Shown: piece after piece, positions 35,165 through 45,006 of the stretch
Layout: every line of letters begins with the position of its first letter
Position numbering within the stretch: position 1 is the first letter of the stretch
Source of the DNA: a virus
Taxonomy: Duplodnaviria; Heunggongvirae; Uroviricota; Caudoviricetes
Length of the DNA: 64,000 nucleotides
Reading direction: 5' to 3' (one strand)
Virus record (IMG/VR): IMGVR_UViG_3300042922_000906
Span: 40,054 to 104,053 of that record
Notes under the pieces: model-generated
The model's database searches: none
Told to the model about the DNA's origin: nothing
What the model saw: the letters and a program-made list of their open reading frames with translations, nothing else
Made by a program: the position numbers and the translations under genes

Positions 35165-37210
35165 ATGGAAATTAAAAATTTTAAAGCAGCATTACAAGAG
35201 AACTTTAAACAGATGACAAAAGAAGCCACACACTTATTCGAGGTATCTTTAGATAAGGATGAACTCTGGAATCTTTACTTGGATAGTTTTCCAGAAGGTA
35301 CAAACGAAATTTATCGAGAAAGAAGGGAATATGATTGCAGTGCTTGTAGACAGTTTATAAAGAATATTGGAAATGCTGTTGTAATCAAAGACAATGAAGT
35401 TAAAACAATTTGGGATTTTAATACAAATGGCACAACGTTTCAACCTGTAGTTGATGCTCTGTCAGCATTTGTAAAGTCTAAAACAATTACAGACATTTGG
35501 GTAAGCAAACTTAAGAAGATTGGAACAGATAAAAACTTTGAAGAGTTGGTAGATGGAAAAATAATTGAATGGCAGCATTTACATTTAGAATTACCAGATA
35601 AGTTTGTTGATAGAAGTGGTAGGTCTGAAGGAGACATTAAAGGTAGCTTTAGAGATACAAGAAATGTTTTCAAGAGATCATTGGATGAAATCACAGAAGA
35701 CAGCATCCTTACTGTACTAGAACTCATATCATCAAATACTTTATACAAAGGCGAAGAGTGGAAAGGTGTATTGACTGAGTTTCTAAAATATAAGAAAGAA
35801 TATGAAAAGTTACAGACCTTAAAAGAAAAGGATAACTATACTTGGGAACAGTCTGTAAAGGCAGGTATTGCTATAGGAAGAATAAGAAATCATAGCATAG
35901 GTACTCTTTTAGTAAATATTAGTGAAGGTATAGATTTGGATACAGCAGTAAGAAAGTATGAAGTTATTGTTGCTCCATCAAACTATAAAAGACCAAAAGC
36001 AATATTTACACAAAAGATGTTGGAAGATGCTAGAAAGACTCTAGAAGATTTGGGTTATATGGATTCATTGAGTAGAAGATATGCTACTTTAGATGATATA
36101 ACTGTAAATAATATATTATTCTCAAATAAAGATTCAGCTAAGAGAATTAGTGGTTCTGATATCTTTGCTGAAATGTCTCAAAATGTTGTTTTGAATCCGA
36201 AGAAATTTTCCAAGGCAGAAGAAGTCTCAATTAATCATTTTGTTGCTAATATCTTACCGACAGCAAAAGAGATTGAAATATTCTTAGAAAATAGACATTC
36301 AAACAATATGGTTTCATTAATTGCACCTGAAAATAAAAATAGTAAGACCATGTTTAAATGGGATAATGGTTTTAGTTGGGCATATTCAGGTAATATAACT
36401 GATAGTTCAATGAAGGAAAATGTTAAGTCTGCTGGAGGTAAGGTGGATGGAGTGCTGAGATTTTCTATTCAATGGAATGATGTAGAAAATGATAGAAATG
36501 ATTTGGATGCTCATTGTATTGAGCCAAATAGAAATGAAATTTATTTTAGTCGTAAAGTTAATCCATATACAACAGGTCAATTAGATGTTGATATTATTCA
36601 TCCTGTAAATGGAAAGGCAGCCGTTGAAAATATAACATGGACTGACAAAAACAGAATGTCGGAAGGTATATATAAATTCTTTGTAAATTGTTATTCAAAT
36701 AATGGTGGAAGAAGTGGATTTAGAGCTGAAATCGAGTTTGATGGTCAAATTTATTCTTTTGAGTATAATGGGGAATTAAGAGGTGGAGAAAATGTTCAAG
36801 TAGCAGAAGTAACATTTAATAAAGGCACTGGATTTTCAATTTTGGAAAAGTTACCATCAAATGTTTCTTCTAAAGAAGTTTGGAATCTCAAAACAAATAA
36901 GTTTGTTCCTGTGTCGGTAGTTTGTTATTCCCCTAATTATTGGAATGAACAGGATAATATTGGTCATAGACATTATTTTTTTATGCTTAAAGATTGTATT
37001 AATCCAGAGAAGCCAAACGGATTCTATAATGAGTTTTTGAAACAAGAATTAGTTGAACATAAGAGAGTATTTGAAGCTCTTGGAGGGAAAATGGCTGTAA
37101 AGGATGTTAATGATCAGTTATCAGGAATAGGCTTTAGTTCAACTAAAAGAAATGATTTATTAGTAAAAGTCAAAGGTCAGACTGAAAGAGTATTTAAAAT
37201 AAAATTTTAA
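35165..37210 (+). CDS. large hypothetical protein (681 aa)
   Basis: Long uninterrupted frame behind an ATACATAAGAGAGG motif. No family recognised by eye. Confidence 0.5.
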   Translation: MEIKNFKAALQENFKQMTKEATHLFEVSLDKDELWNLYLDSFPEGTNEIYRERREYDCSACRQFIKNIGNAVVIKDNEVKTIWDFNTNGTTFQPVVDALSAFVKSKTITDIWVSKLKKIGTDKNFEELVDGKIIEWQHLHLELPDKFVDRSGRSEGDIKGSFRDTRNVFKRSLDEITEDSILTVLELISSNTLYKGEEWKGVLTEFLKYKKEYEKLQTLKEKDNYTWEQSVKAGIAIGRIRNHSIGTLLVNISEGIDLDTAVRKYEVIVAPSNYKRPKAIFTQKMLEDARKTLEDLGYMDSLSRRYATLDDITVNNILFSNKDSAKRISGSDIFAEMSQNVVLNPKKFSKAEEVSINHFVANILPTAKEIEIFLENRHSNNMVSLIAPENKNSKTMFKWDNGFSWAYSGNITDSSMKENVKSAGGKVDGVLRFSIQWNDVENDRNDLDAHCIEPNRNEIYFSRKVNPYTTGQLDVDIIHPVNGKAAVENITWTDKNRMSEGIYKFFVNCYSNNGGRSGFRAEIEFDGQIYSFEYNGELRGGENVQVAEVTFNKGTGFSILEKLPSNVSSKEVWNLKTNKFVPVSVVCYSPNYWNEQDNIGHRHYFFMLKDCINPEKPNGFYNEFLKQELVEHKRVFEALGGKMAVKDVNDQLSGIGFSSTKRNDLLVKVKGQTERVFKIKF

Positions 37211-37234
37211 TATAGTAAAGGAGATCAAAATATT

Positions 37235-37618
37235 ATGAGTGAAAAAATGTTTGAAACAGCGGTAAAAAATAAGTTAAGATATCCATTTAAAGGATTGATA
37301 TCTACAGAGGACTTATTTGATTTATCACCAAGGGATTTAGATTCAATCTTTAAGTCATTAAATTCTCAAGTAAAGAAAGTACAGGAAGAAAGTTTACTTG
37401 ATACTAAAACAAAAGAAGACGAAACACTTAATACTATGATAGAAATTGTAAGATATATTGTTGGTATTAAGTTAGCGGAAGAAAATGCAAGACTTCGTGC
37501 AAAAGAACAAAGAGAAAAGAAACAAAAGATCATGGAAATTATGGCTGCTAAACAGAATGCTGATTTAGAGAGTAAATCAATAGAAGACCTTCAGACCATG
37601 CTTAATGACCTTGGCTAA
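37235..37618 (+). CDS. hypothetical coiled-coil protein
   Basis: ORF of 127 aa with an AAGGAG SD. Confidence 0.4.
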   Translation: MSEKMFETAVKNKLRYPFKGLISTEDLFDLSPRDLDSIFKSLNSQVKKVQEESLLDTKTKEDETLNTMIEIVRYIVGIKLAEENARLRAKEQREKKQKIMEIMAAKQNADLESKSIEDLQTMLNDLG

Positions 37619-37624
37619 TTAGAA

Positions 37625-37650
37625 GGAGGGGATTTACCCCTCCTATATAT
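37625..37650 (+). terminator. GC-rich hairpin (GGAGGGG/CCCCTCC) followed by TATATAT; terminator candidate
   Basis: Perfect 7-bp GC stem with a 5-nt loop, directly after the stop of 37235..37618. Confidence 0.45.
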
Positions 37651-37741
37651 GGGGCGTACAGGTGTATGTTATTCAGGTAGGTTTGATTCCTATAAAAAAG
37701 TGGTGTTGAATTGCAAGTCGGTTCGAGTCCGATACGTTCCT
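37651..37741 (+). tRNA. tRNA-like element (canonical T-arm and acceptor pairing; D-arm non-canonical, possible pseudo-tRNA)
   Basis: T-arm GTCGG-TTCGAGT-CCGAT with the GGTTCGAGTCC signature. A 7-bp acceptor pairing GGGGCGT/ACGTTCC is possible with two G-U pairs. A possible anticodon arm is GTAGG-TTTGATT-CCTAT. No acceptable D-stem was found. Confidence 0.3.
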
Positions 37742-37790
37742 AAAAATTATGTTTTTAATGGCAATTAGAATAAAAAGAAAGGGTGTTTTT

Positions 37791-38030
37791 ATGTATCAAG
37801 TAAAAGAACCAGATGGTGAGTTATTTAATACAAAAGGTGATACTTTAGAATTTGAAGATGATTTTATGGATAGTGGATTTGATGATTATATTGTCGAAAT
37901 GCTTCGTTCGGAGGGCGCAAATCATAATTACATATCTTATATAAGATCAGAGATTGAAGATTTAGAAGCTGGAGATGATTTTGTTGTTGAATATATTGGA
38001 AAGGAATTGTTTACTGTTACTAGATATTAA
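37791..38030 (+). CDS. hypothetical acidic protein (start moved to the ATG behind AAAGGGTG)
   Basis: The tracked ORF starts upstream at 37749. The ATG at 37791 has the SD. Confidence 0.35.
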   Translation: MYQVKEPDGELFNTKGDTLEFEDDFMDSGFDDYIVEMLRSEGANHNYISYIRSEIEDLEAGDDFVVEYIGKELFTVTRY

Positions 38031-38052
38031 TATTAAAGATAATGAGGTTAAT

Positions 38053-38424
38053 ATGAAACAGCATATTGAAGTACAACAACTTAATGAATTGACATCGGAG
38101 CAATTTAAGAAATTAATGGAATTAGGTAGAAATCCATTTGTAAATCGAATTGCACTTAAAAGTGAATTTAAATGGGATGTTGAAGAAAGATATTATATTG
38201 AGGCAGCATATAGTATGAACATTGGAGCAATGATTGAGTTGTTATGTAATTCTGATTTTTGTTTTCCAAGTATAGGATTAACTGAATCATGTATAGTACA
38301 TGAATTAATTGTTGTTGGAGTTTATTGCAGAAGTGGTTCAGAAAAATATCGTGGAAAATGTTTTGAAGGTAACGATCTGGTTGATGCTTTATGGAATGCC
38401 GTAAAACTAGTACTTTCAGAGTAG
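38053..38424 (+). CDS. hypothetical protein (start moved to the ATG behind AATGAGG)
   Basis: The tracked ORF 37975..38424 overlaps the upstream gene. An in-frame ATG lies at 38053. Confidence 0.4.
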   Translation: MKQHIEVQQLNELTSEQFKKLMELGRNPFVNRIALKSEFKWDVEERYYIEAAYSMNIGAMIELLCNSDFCFPSIGLTESCIVHELIVVGVYCRSGSEKYRGKCFEGNDLVDALWNAVKLVLSE

Positions 38425-38481
38425 GTTTTTACCACATGAAATCTGCCTTTTAAGTGTTATTAATTAAACATTTGGAATAAT

Positions 38482-38510
38482 AAAAATACTTCTTTACAAA
38501 TTTAAACTGC
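38482..38510 (+). promoter_or_regulatory. sigma-A-type promoter (TTTACA, 17 nt spacer, TATAAT)
   Basis: Near-consensus hexamers with the conserved spacer AATTTAAACTGCAATAT. Confidence 0.5.
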
Positions 38511-38550
38511 AATATTATAATATAAATATAAAAAAGAAAAGAGAACGAAA

Positions 38551-38931
38551 ATGAAAAAAGAACTATGGGATGGAAAAGATTTTTATGGTCATGTAGGTGA
38601 AACTACACCATTTCTTGTAGATAAAGAATATCTGCAAGTCGGCGATGTTGTTGAAAAATTTCATAAATCAAAATCATATGGAGAAAGTTATGTTGTAAAG
38701 GGCAATGGTGAGTACTTCATCATGGGAATTATGTGTGATTGTAATAACAAAAATGGAGAAATTAGTGGTTGGCATATCAAAATAATTAAAAAATATTATG
38801 AAGTAAAAAATCTAGAAAGACATGATGGAATAATAATGATATATTGTACTAATTCCAAAAAAGCCGAAATTAGTGAATTTACCAATGAAGAGCTGATAAA
38901 TGAACTTCAGAAAAGATTAAGTACATTCTAA
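38551..38931 (+). CDS. hypothetical protein
   Basis: ORF of 126 aa. Confidence 0.4.
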   Translation: MKKELWDGKDFYGHVGETTPFLVDKEYLQVGDVVEKFHKSKSYGESYVVKGNGEYFIMGIMCDCNNKNGEISGWHIKIIKKYYEVKNLERHDGIIMIYCTNSKKAEISEFTNEELINELQKRLSTF

Positions 38932-39078
38932 GTGCTTTAAATTAAAAGAATATAATATAAGGTGGGAGTGATTATGACTATATATCATGCAGAACCCAAT
39001 ATGAAGAGAGTTACTTCATATTATATTATCAAAGGAATTTTAGTTACAAAAATATATTATAGGAAGGATACATAAGAA

Positions 39079-40383
39079 ATGAGTTATAACGCTTATATAA
39101 CAAAAATCAAGAATATAAGAAAACATACAAATGCAGACAGATTACAAGTAGGTGAATGTTTTGAAAACTTTGTTATTGTTAGTATGGATACACGAGACAA
39201 TGAACTAGGAGTGTACTTCCCAACTGATGGACGGTTAGGTACTGAATACTGTGAATCCAACAATCTACTAAGAAAGAAAGACGAAAATGGTAATAATATT
39301 GGCGGTTATTTAGAACCCGAAAAAAGACATATATCATCGTTGAAATTTCGTGGTGAAAAATCAGATGGTTTATTTATGCCACTAAAGAGCCTCGAAAACT
39401 TTTGTAATATTTCAGATTTAAAAGAAGGAGATATTATTACAACTTTAAATGGAACTTTAATATGTGAAAAATACATACCAAAATCTAATAGAAGAAATAA
39501 TGCTCTAACTAACAATAAAGAAAAGAAGAAGCTTATAGATAAAATATCTTATCCTATGTTTGAAGAACATATAGATACATCACAACTGGCATATAATTTG
39601 AATCAATTCAAACAGGGTGATTTATGTTATATAACTCTTAAAATGCATGGTACATCTCAAAGAACAGCTTATACTATTCAAGAGTTTCTAAAAAAAAGGA
39701 ATTTAATCCAAAGAATATTTAAGTTAAAAAATAAAATAAATAAGTCATGGCAATATGTTAGTGGCACAAGACGTTGTATTTTAATGAATTTTGATAATGG
39801 ATTTTATGGAAATGACTTGTTCAGAAAAACATTCCATGATTACTTTGTTGGGAAGTTATATAAGGGCGAAGAAGTGTTTTATGAAGTTGTTGGATATGTA
39901 AATGAAAATACTACCATCATGCCAGAATGCAATAATAAAAAAACCAATGATAAAGAATTTATCAAGCAATATGGAGAAACAACAAGATTTACATATGGAT
40001 GTGGTGTAGGTCAAAGTGATATTTATGTTTATAGAATAACCAAAACAGATGAAGATGGGAATATTGTTGAATATCCTTGGCATTTAGTCAAGTTGAGATG
40101 TGACCAAATGGGAGTTAAACATGTTCCAGAATTTGATAAATTTATATATTCTACTCAAGAAGATTTGATGAATCGAGTTAATGTATATGTAGATGGAACT
40201 GACCCAATAGGCAAAACTCATGTTAGAGAAGGTGTGGTTATAAGAATAGAAAACAGAGAAAAATTTTCTGCCTTTAAACATAAGAATTTTAATTTTAAAG
40301 TATTAGAAGGAATTATCAAAGCAAATGATGTTTTAGATATGGAGGAGGCTAATAGTGAAGAATTATCAACAAATAATGAATAG
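39079..40383 (+). CDS. RNA ligase (Rnl2-type nucleotidyltransferase motifs with an N-terminal OB-like domain)
   Basis: Motif I LKMHGTSQ (KxHG as in T4 Rnl2 KIHG), motif IV REGVVIRIEN (EGxV) and motif V AFKHKNF (K..K). The N-terminus IRKHTNADRLQVGEC is OB / tRNA-binding-like. Confidence 0.6.
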   Translation: MSYNAYITKIKNIRKHTNADRLQVGECFENFVIVSMDTRDNELGVYFPTDGRLGTEYCESNNLLRKKDENGNNIGGYLEPEKRHISSLKFRGEKSDGLFMPLKSLENFCNISDLKEGDIITTLNGTLICEKYIPKSNRRNNALTNNKEKKKLIDKISYPMFEEHIDTSQLAYNLNQFKQGDLCYITLKMHGTSQRTAYTIQEFLKKRNLIQRIFKLKNKINKSWQYVSGTRRCILMNFDNGFYGNDLFRKTFHDYFVGKLYKGEEVFYEVVGYVNENTTIMPECNNKKTNDKEFIKQYGETTRFTYGCGVGQSDIYVYRITKTDEDGNIVEYPWHLVKLRCDQMGVKHVPEFDKFIYSTQEDLMNRVNVYVDGTDPIGKTHVREGVVIRIENREKFSAFKHKNFNFKVLEGIIKANDVLDMEEANSEELSTNNE

Positions 40384-41155
40384 ACTTCAGGAGCATTATA
40401 GTGAAGTTGAAAATATGGGATATGAAATTGTAGGAGTGTTTCTTCAAGGTAGCCAGAATTATGATTTAGCTTATAAAAATAGTGATATAGATAGTAAGGC
40501 TATATTGCTTCCAAAATTCAATGATTTTGTATTAAATAATAAGGTAGTAAGCATAACTCATGTGATGAAAAATAATGAACATATAGATTTGAAAGATATT
40601 AGATTAATGTTTGATTGCTTTAAGAAACAGAATATAAACTTTGTGGAAATTCTATTTTCAAAATATAAAATTATTAATCCTAAGTATGAAAAGTTTATGC
40701 AAAAGCTATTTGACAATAATGAAAAGATAGCAAGATATAATAATTATGCTTCTTTAAACTGCATCAGTGGAACTACTATGGAGAAGTATAAGGCACTAGA
40801 ACATCCATATCCTACACTTATAGATAAGATTGAAAAATATGGGTACGACCCAAAACAGTTGCATCACATTATCAGACTTAATGAATTTATCAAAAGATAT
40901 CTAGCAGGAGAAAAATATTCCGATTGTTTAGTATCGAAGAATAAAGAATATTTAATTGGAGTTAAGAAAGGTATTCACACTTTAGAAGAAGCAAGAGCAT
41001 TAGCAAAGACACTATCTGATGATACTTATCAAATAAAAACTAATTACATGAATAATAATCCAGTTCGAATTGTTAAAGAATGTGAAGATATTTTAAATGG
41101 TGTCTTGTTGGATATAATGAAGCACAACTTTAAATGTGAGTTAAGTGAGGTTTGA
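40355..41155 (+). CDS. pol-beta-superfamily nucleotidyltransferase
   Basis: GVFLQGSQNYDLAYKNSDIDSKAI gives the hG[GS] ... DxD arrangement. Confidence 0.5.
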   Translation: MKNYQQIMNRLQEHYSEVENMGYEIVGVFLQGSQNYDLAYKNSDIDSKAILLPKFNDFVLNNKVVSITHVMKNNEHIDLKDIRLMFDCFKKQNINFVEILFSKYKIINPKYEKFMQKLFDNNEKIARYNNYASLNCISGTTMEKYKALEHPYPTLIDKIEKYGYDPKQLHHIIRLNEFIKRYLAGEKYSDCLVSKNKEYLIGVKKGIHTLEEARALAKTLSDDTYQIKTNYMNNNPVRIVKECEDILNGVLLDIMKHNFKCELSEV

Positions 41156-42059
41156 AATGAATAAGTTTATTATGATGGTTGGACTTCCTGCAAGTGGTAA
41201 ATCTACTATTGCAGAAGAACTATCGAGAGAAGAAAATGCTATTGTTCATGCTTCAGATAGATTAAGGAAAGAGTTATTTGGAGATGAAAATGCAAATGAT
41301 AAAAATGTTGAGCTATTTAAAGAGTTACATAAGAGAATTAAAAATGATTTAAGTGAAGGCAAAAATGTAATTTATGATGCTACAAACATAAACTATAAGC
41401 GCAGGAAAGCTTTTCTTGAAGAATTGAAGAACATCAGTTGTAAAAAGATTTGTTATTTAATTGCTACTCCATATGAAGAGTGTTTGGAGCAAAATAAACT
41501 CAGAGAAAGATTCGTTCCAGAGCATGTAATTAAAAAAATGTATCTTGGTTTTTATATTCCTCAATATTATGAAGGTTGGGATAAAATTGAAATCGTTTAT
41601 ACTAGAAATAGTGGGAAACGAATTACAGATTTATTGCAACGTTTAAAAGAAATAGACCAAGAAAATAAACATCACACTTTAACTATAGGAAATCATTGTT
41701 CACAATGTTTAAATTACATTGAAAAGAAAGTAGATGACATTAATTTATCTTATGCAGCTTTATTGCATGATATAGGGAAGGAGTTTACCAAAGAATATAA
41801 AAACTCAAAAGGCGAAGATACTATCGAAGCACATTATTTTCAACATCACTTAGTATCTGCTTATGATTCACTATTTTATTTGGATGGTGCTCAGAACTCT
41901 AACTTTATTTTAATAGAAACAGTTGCTTTAATTATGTGGCATATGCAACCATTCTTTATAGAAACTGAAAAAGCCAAGAAAAAGTTTATAAGATTGGTTG
42001 GTCAAGAGTTTTATGATAAGTTGATGATTTTACATGAGGCAGATAAGATGGCTCATTAG
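41145..42059 (+). CDS. P-loop polynucleotide kinase fused to an HD phosphohydrolase (Pnkp-like RNA end-healing enzyme)
   Basis: N-terminal Walker A MMVGLPASGKST and VIYDATN, as in T4 Pnk. The C-terminal HD domain reads HH...ALLHDIGK...H...D. Confidence 0.6.
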   Translation: MRFEMNKFIMMVGLPASGKSTIAEELSREENAIVHASDRLRKELFGDENANDKNVELFKELHKRIKNDLSEGKNVIYDATNINYKRRKAFLEELKNISCKKICYLIATPYEECLEQNKLRERFVPEHVIKKMYLGFYIPQYYEGWDKIEIVYTRNSGKRITDLLQRLKEIDQENKHHTLTIGNHCSQCLNYIEKKVDDINLSYAALLHDIGKEFTKEYKNSKGEDTIEAHYFQHHLVSAYDSLFYLDGAQNSNFILIETVALIMWHMQPFFIETEKAKKKFIRLVGQEFYDKLMILHEADKMAH

Positions 42060-42122
42060 GTAATAAAATACTATTTTTATAGAGTTAATTAAAATAATAT
42101 ACAAGAAAGGGAGAAAAAGTTT

Positions 42123-42335
42123 ATGCTTAAAAAGGTAGTAATTACAAACGGAAAGTTCTATATTGGTGAGAATAAAACCAGCAAGGACGGACAAAGAGAA
42201 TATTGTGTAACTTCTAAAATTGAAGAAGCAAAATTGTTTAACTTTTACTGGTTGATTGCTTCTAAAAGAACATGGCTGAAGGGTATAAGAAATCTATTTG
42301 GAAACGAATATAATTTTGCTAAAATCGGAGGATGA
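42123..42335 (+). CDS. hypothetical protein
   Basis: ORF of 70 aa with a GGGAG SD. Confidence 0.3.
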   Translation: MLKKVVITNGKFYIGENKTSKDGQREYCVTSKIEEAKLFNFYWLIASKRTWLKGIRNLFGNEYNFAKIGG

Positions 42336-42610
42336 TAAAAATGAAAAAGAAATTAATTAATTGTTTGGCGAGTTTAATGTTAATTCTTTCATTAACTGCA
42401 TGTAATTCAGTTACAAGAAATTTAGGTGGTACAATGACCGTTGAGCTTGATCAAGGAAAGAAGTTAGTTAATTGTACTTGGAAGGAAGATGAATTTTGGT
42501 ATTTGATCAGAGATATGAAAGAAGATGAAAAAGCCGATACTTACGAGTTTATCGAAAAAAGTAATATGGGTGTGCTAGAAGGAAAAGTAGTTATCATAGA
42601 AAAGAAATAA
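42332..42610 (+). CDS. small lipoprotein
   Basis: Signal peptide plus lipobox LMLILSLTAC. Confidence 0.45.
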   Translation: MIKMKKKLINCLASLMLILSLTACNSVTRNLGGTMTVELDQGKKLVNCTWKEDEFWYLIRDMKEDEKADTYEFIEKSNMGVLEGKVVIIEKK

Positions 42611-42633
42611 TAATATGCGAAAGAGGTGTTGTT

Positions 42634-43251
42634 ATGAATCAAAACAATTTTATTGGTATAGCTCTAGATGAGCTATATAGGATATTTGAAATCCTAAACA
42701 AAGAATATTATTCGGAAAAATTAACTTATCCTATGATCACAATTCAAAAAACTAAAAGAAGTGGAAATTTAGGATGGTTTACACTGGATAGAGTTTGGGA
42801 AAAGAAAGATACTGAAGATAAGAGATTTGAAATAAATATTTGTGCTGAATATCTTGGTAGAGATATGTATGATGTAGTCGATACGTTGCAGCATGAAATG
42901 GTTCATTATGCTAATAAAATTTCAGATGTTAAAGATTGTAATGGACAGGTGCATAATAAAAAGTTTAAAACCCTTGCAGAAAGTGTAGGATTGATAGTTG
43001 AGAAAAGTAAGAAGTATGGATATGGACATACTACATGTTCAGATCAATTTAAAAAGTTTATAGATGAAAGTATTCAACCTAATATTGAATGTTTTGCTTA
43101 TTTTAGAAATGTGCCACCAAAGGAAAACACTCCTAAAGAAAAGACACAGTTTACTTATATTTGTCCGAATTGTGAAGAAAAGATTAAGGCCAAAGCCGAT
43201 AAACATATAATATGTGGAGATTGTCAAGTTGAATTTATAATGAAAGAATGA
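42634..43251 (+). CDS. SprT-like zinc metallopeptidase domain protein with a C-terminal zinc ribbon
   Basis: HEMVHYAN is the HExxH motif. The C-terminal zinc ribbon reads CPNCEEK...CGDCQ. Confidence 0.55.
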   Translation: MNQNNFIGIALDELYRIFEILNKEYYSEKLTYPMITIQKTKRSGNLGWFTLDRVWEKKDTEDKRFEINICAEYLGRDMYDVVDTLQHEMVHYANKISDVKDCNGQVHNKKFKTLAESVGLIVEKSKKYGYGHTTCSDQFKKFIDESIQPNIECFAYFRNVPPKENTPKEKTQFTYICPNCEEKIKAKADKHIICGDCQVEFIMKE

Positions 43252-43288
43252 TCGATTGAAGATAAGTTATTATAATACATAAGGAGTA

Positions 43289-43843
43289 TTGAAGATGAAA
43301 AAGGTTTTAGCAGGAGTAGGAATTTTTGTAGGAATAATATTAATCATAGGAATAATATCTGCATCTACTATCTGGAGTCATAGAAACACTGCTGTAGCAA
43401 TAGAGGAAAGAGTTAATGCACAATATGTTGCAAACAAGTCAAACTATGACAATATGTGGAAACGCTTTAAAGAAATGAGTCAAGTTACAGAGCTACAGGC
43501 AACACAAGTTAAAGATGTGTACGAAGGGTTAATAGCTGGGCGCTATGAGGATACAGATTTACTTTTTAAGATGGTTAAAGAAGATAATCCAAAGCTTGAT
43601 ACTAGTGTATATACACAATTACAAAGGGAAATTTCTTCAGGTAGACAGCAATTTGATAATAATCAAAAACAAATAGCTGATATAGTAAGAGAATATAATA
43701 CTTACATAAGAAAACATATAATAATGACCTATTTAACAAATAGAGAACCTATGGATATAAATCTGTTTATCGTAACCTCAGAAGAGACAGAAAATACCTT
43801 TAAAGATAAAAAAGCTGATGAGATTAATCTATTAGGAAAGTAG
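43289..43843 (+). CDS. LemA-family membrane protein
   Basis: N-terminal TM helix, then a helical domain with YNTYIRKHIIMTYL (compare LemA YNTSIRQFPNNIIANMF). The ATACATAAGGAG motif lies upstream. Confidence 0.55.
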   Translation: MKMKKVLAGVGIFVGIILIIGIISASTIWSHRNTAVAIEERVNAQYVANKSNYDNMWKRFKEMSQVTELQATQVKDVYEGLIAGRYEDTDLLFKMVKEDNPKLDTSVYTQLQREISSGRQQFDNNQKQIADIVREYNTYIRKHIIMTYLTNREPMDINLFIVTSEETENTFKDKKADEINLLGK

Positions 43844-43852
43844 GGTAAAAGT

Positions 43853-44965
43853 ATGTTATATATTCTACCATGCATAATTCTGATGATAGTAGCCTTTGTA
43901 TATGCATTTTTTATAGATAGAAATTGGATTAAAGCGATAATCATATCATTAATTTCAATACTTTTAACTTTAATCATTGTATCAGTTGATTACTCAAGTC
44001 AAGTATACGATGAGGAAGTTTGGTCGGGTACAGTTGTAGACTGGCAACATACAGAAGAATATGATGAATGGGTAGTTCCTACTTACGATGAAGATGGTAA
44101 TCAGACAGGTGGAGGATATTATCAGCATTATGATGCGGTAAATTGCATAAAAACATCTGATAATGGTTGGATAAATATAAATGTTGCTCCTGATGGAACA
44201 AAGTTTGATGATAAATATCCGAATTACACAAGTGATTTGAAAAGATATTGGCCATTGGGTTCTCCTAGTGCCTCAGTACATTCTTATAAAAACAAAGTCC
44301 AGTCATCTTATAGCATATATAGGCACAAAGACATAGATTTAAATAAATATCCTGATCTACCTGACTATCCTAAAAATGTTGATAGATATATCAATATTAA
44401 TAGAATACTTGGATTTGTACCAAATAAAGATACAGCATTAAAGTTATTAGCAAAATCTAACGCCGAAATGAATAAATTTATTCCTGATCCCGAAAAACAA
44501 GGCAAAATGCGCTCATGGAAACAAGTTAATTTAATATTTGTTAATGTGGGAGATTATAAACCTGAAGATTATGGTTTTGCTTTACAAGATAAATGGGAAG
44601 GTGGAAACAAGAATGATTTTATTGTTTCATTCAGTATGGATTCGAATGGAAACGTTAAGTGGGTATATCCTTTCTCTTGGAGTGAAGTTGAAATTCTCAA
44701 ACTAGAAATAAGAGATTATATGTTAAATACAAAACTAATTAGTGATTTTGTTCCTGTGGTCGAAGATGTATCTAAAATGGTTATTGATAAATTTGAAAGA
44801 AAACAATTTGCTGACTTCAATTATCTCCAGATAGAAGTAAGTAATGTAGCTAGTGTACTTATTTGGATATTTAATACGATTTTAGGTATTTTTATATTTG
44901 TAATTAAGGATGAAAGAAATTATAGGAGACATCGAACTTCAAATTACAATGTGAGGTTCTGGTGA
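43853..44965 (+). CDS. membrane protein (2 N-terminal TM helices plus a large extracytoplasmic domain)
   Basis: 370 aa following LemA, as in bacterial LemA-partner pairs. Confidence 0.4.
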   Translation: MLYILPCIILMIVAFVYAFFIDRNWIKAIIISLISILLTLIIVSVDYSSQVYDEEVWSGTVVDWQHTEEYDEWVVPTYDEDGNQTGGGYYQHYDAVNCIKTSDNGWININVAPDGTKFDDKYPNYTSDLKRYWPLGSPSASVHSYKNKVQSSYSIYRHKDIDLNKYPDLPDYPKNVDRYININRILGFVPNKDTALKLLAKSNAEMNKFIPDPEKQGKMRSWKQVNLIFVNVGDYKPEDYGFALQDKWEGGNKNDFIVSFSMDSNGNVKWVYPFSWSEVEILKLEIRDYMLNTKLISDFVPVVEDVSKMVIDKFERKQFADFNYLQIEVSNVASVLIWIFNTILGIFIFVIKDERNYRRHRTSNYNVRFW

Positions 44966-45006
44966 ATAAAACATTAATTTTAAAGTGTTAAATTAGGGGG
45001 GATAAT

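Noticed and set aside
37651-37741. Calling this element a functional tRNA-Ser(UGA)
   Set aside because: A 7-nt loop TTTGATT would give anticodon UGA with a long variable region. No D-stem can be formed, position 8 is A, position 37 would be U, and the 23-nt variable region does not fold into a Ser-type arm. Kept only as a tRNA-like element.
39079-39200. N-terminal tRNA-binding (Myf/Trbp111-type) domain in the RNA ligase based on ...KHTNADRLQVGEC
   Set aside because: The resemblance to HPNADKL is a single short motif. It is retained only as an OB-like N-domain, as seen in Rnl5-type ligases, rather than asserted as a tRNA-binding domain.
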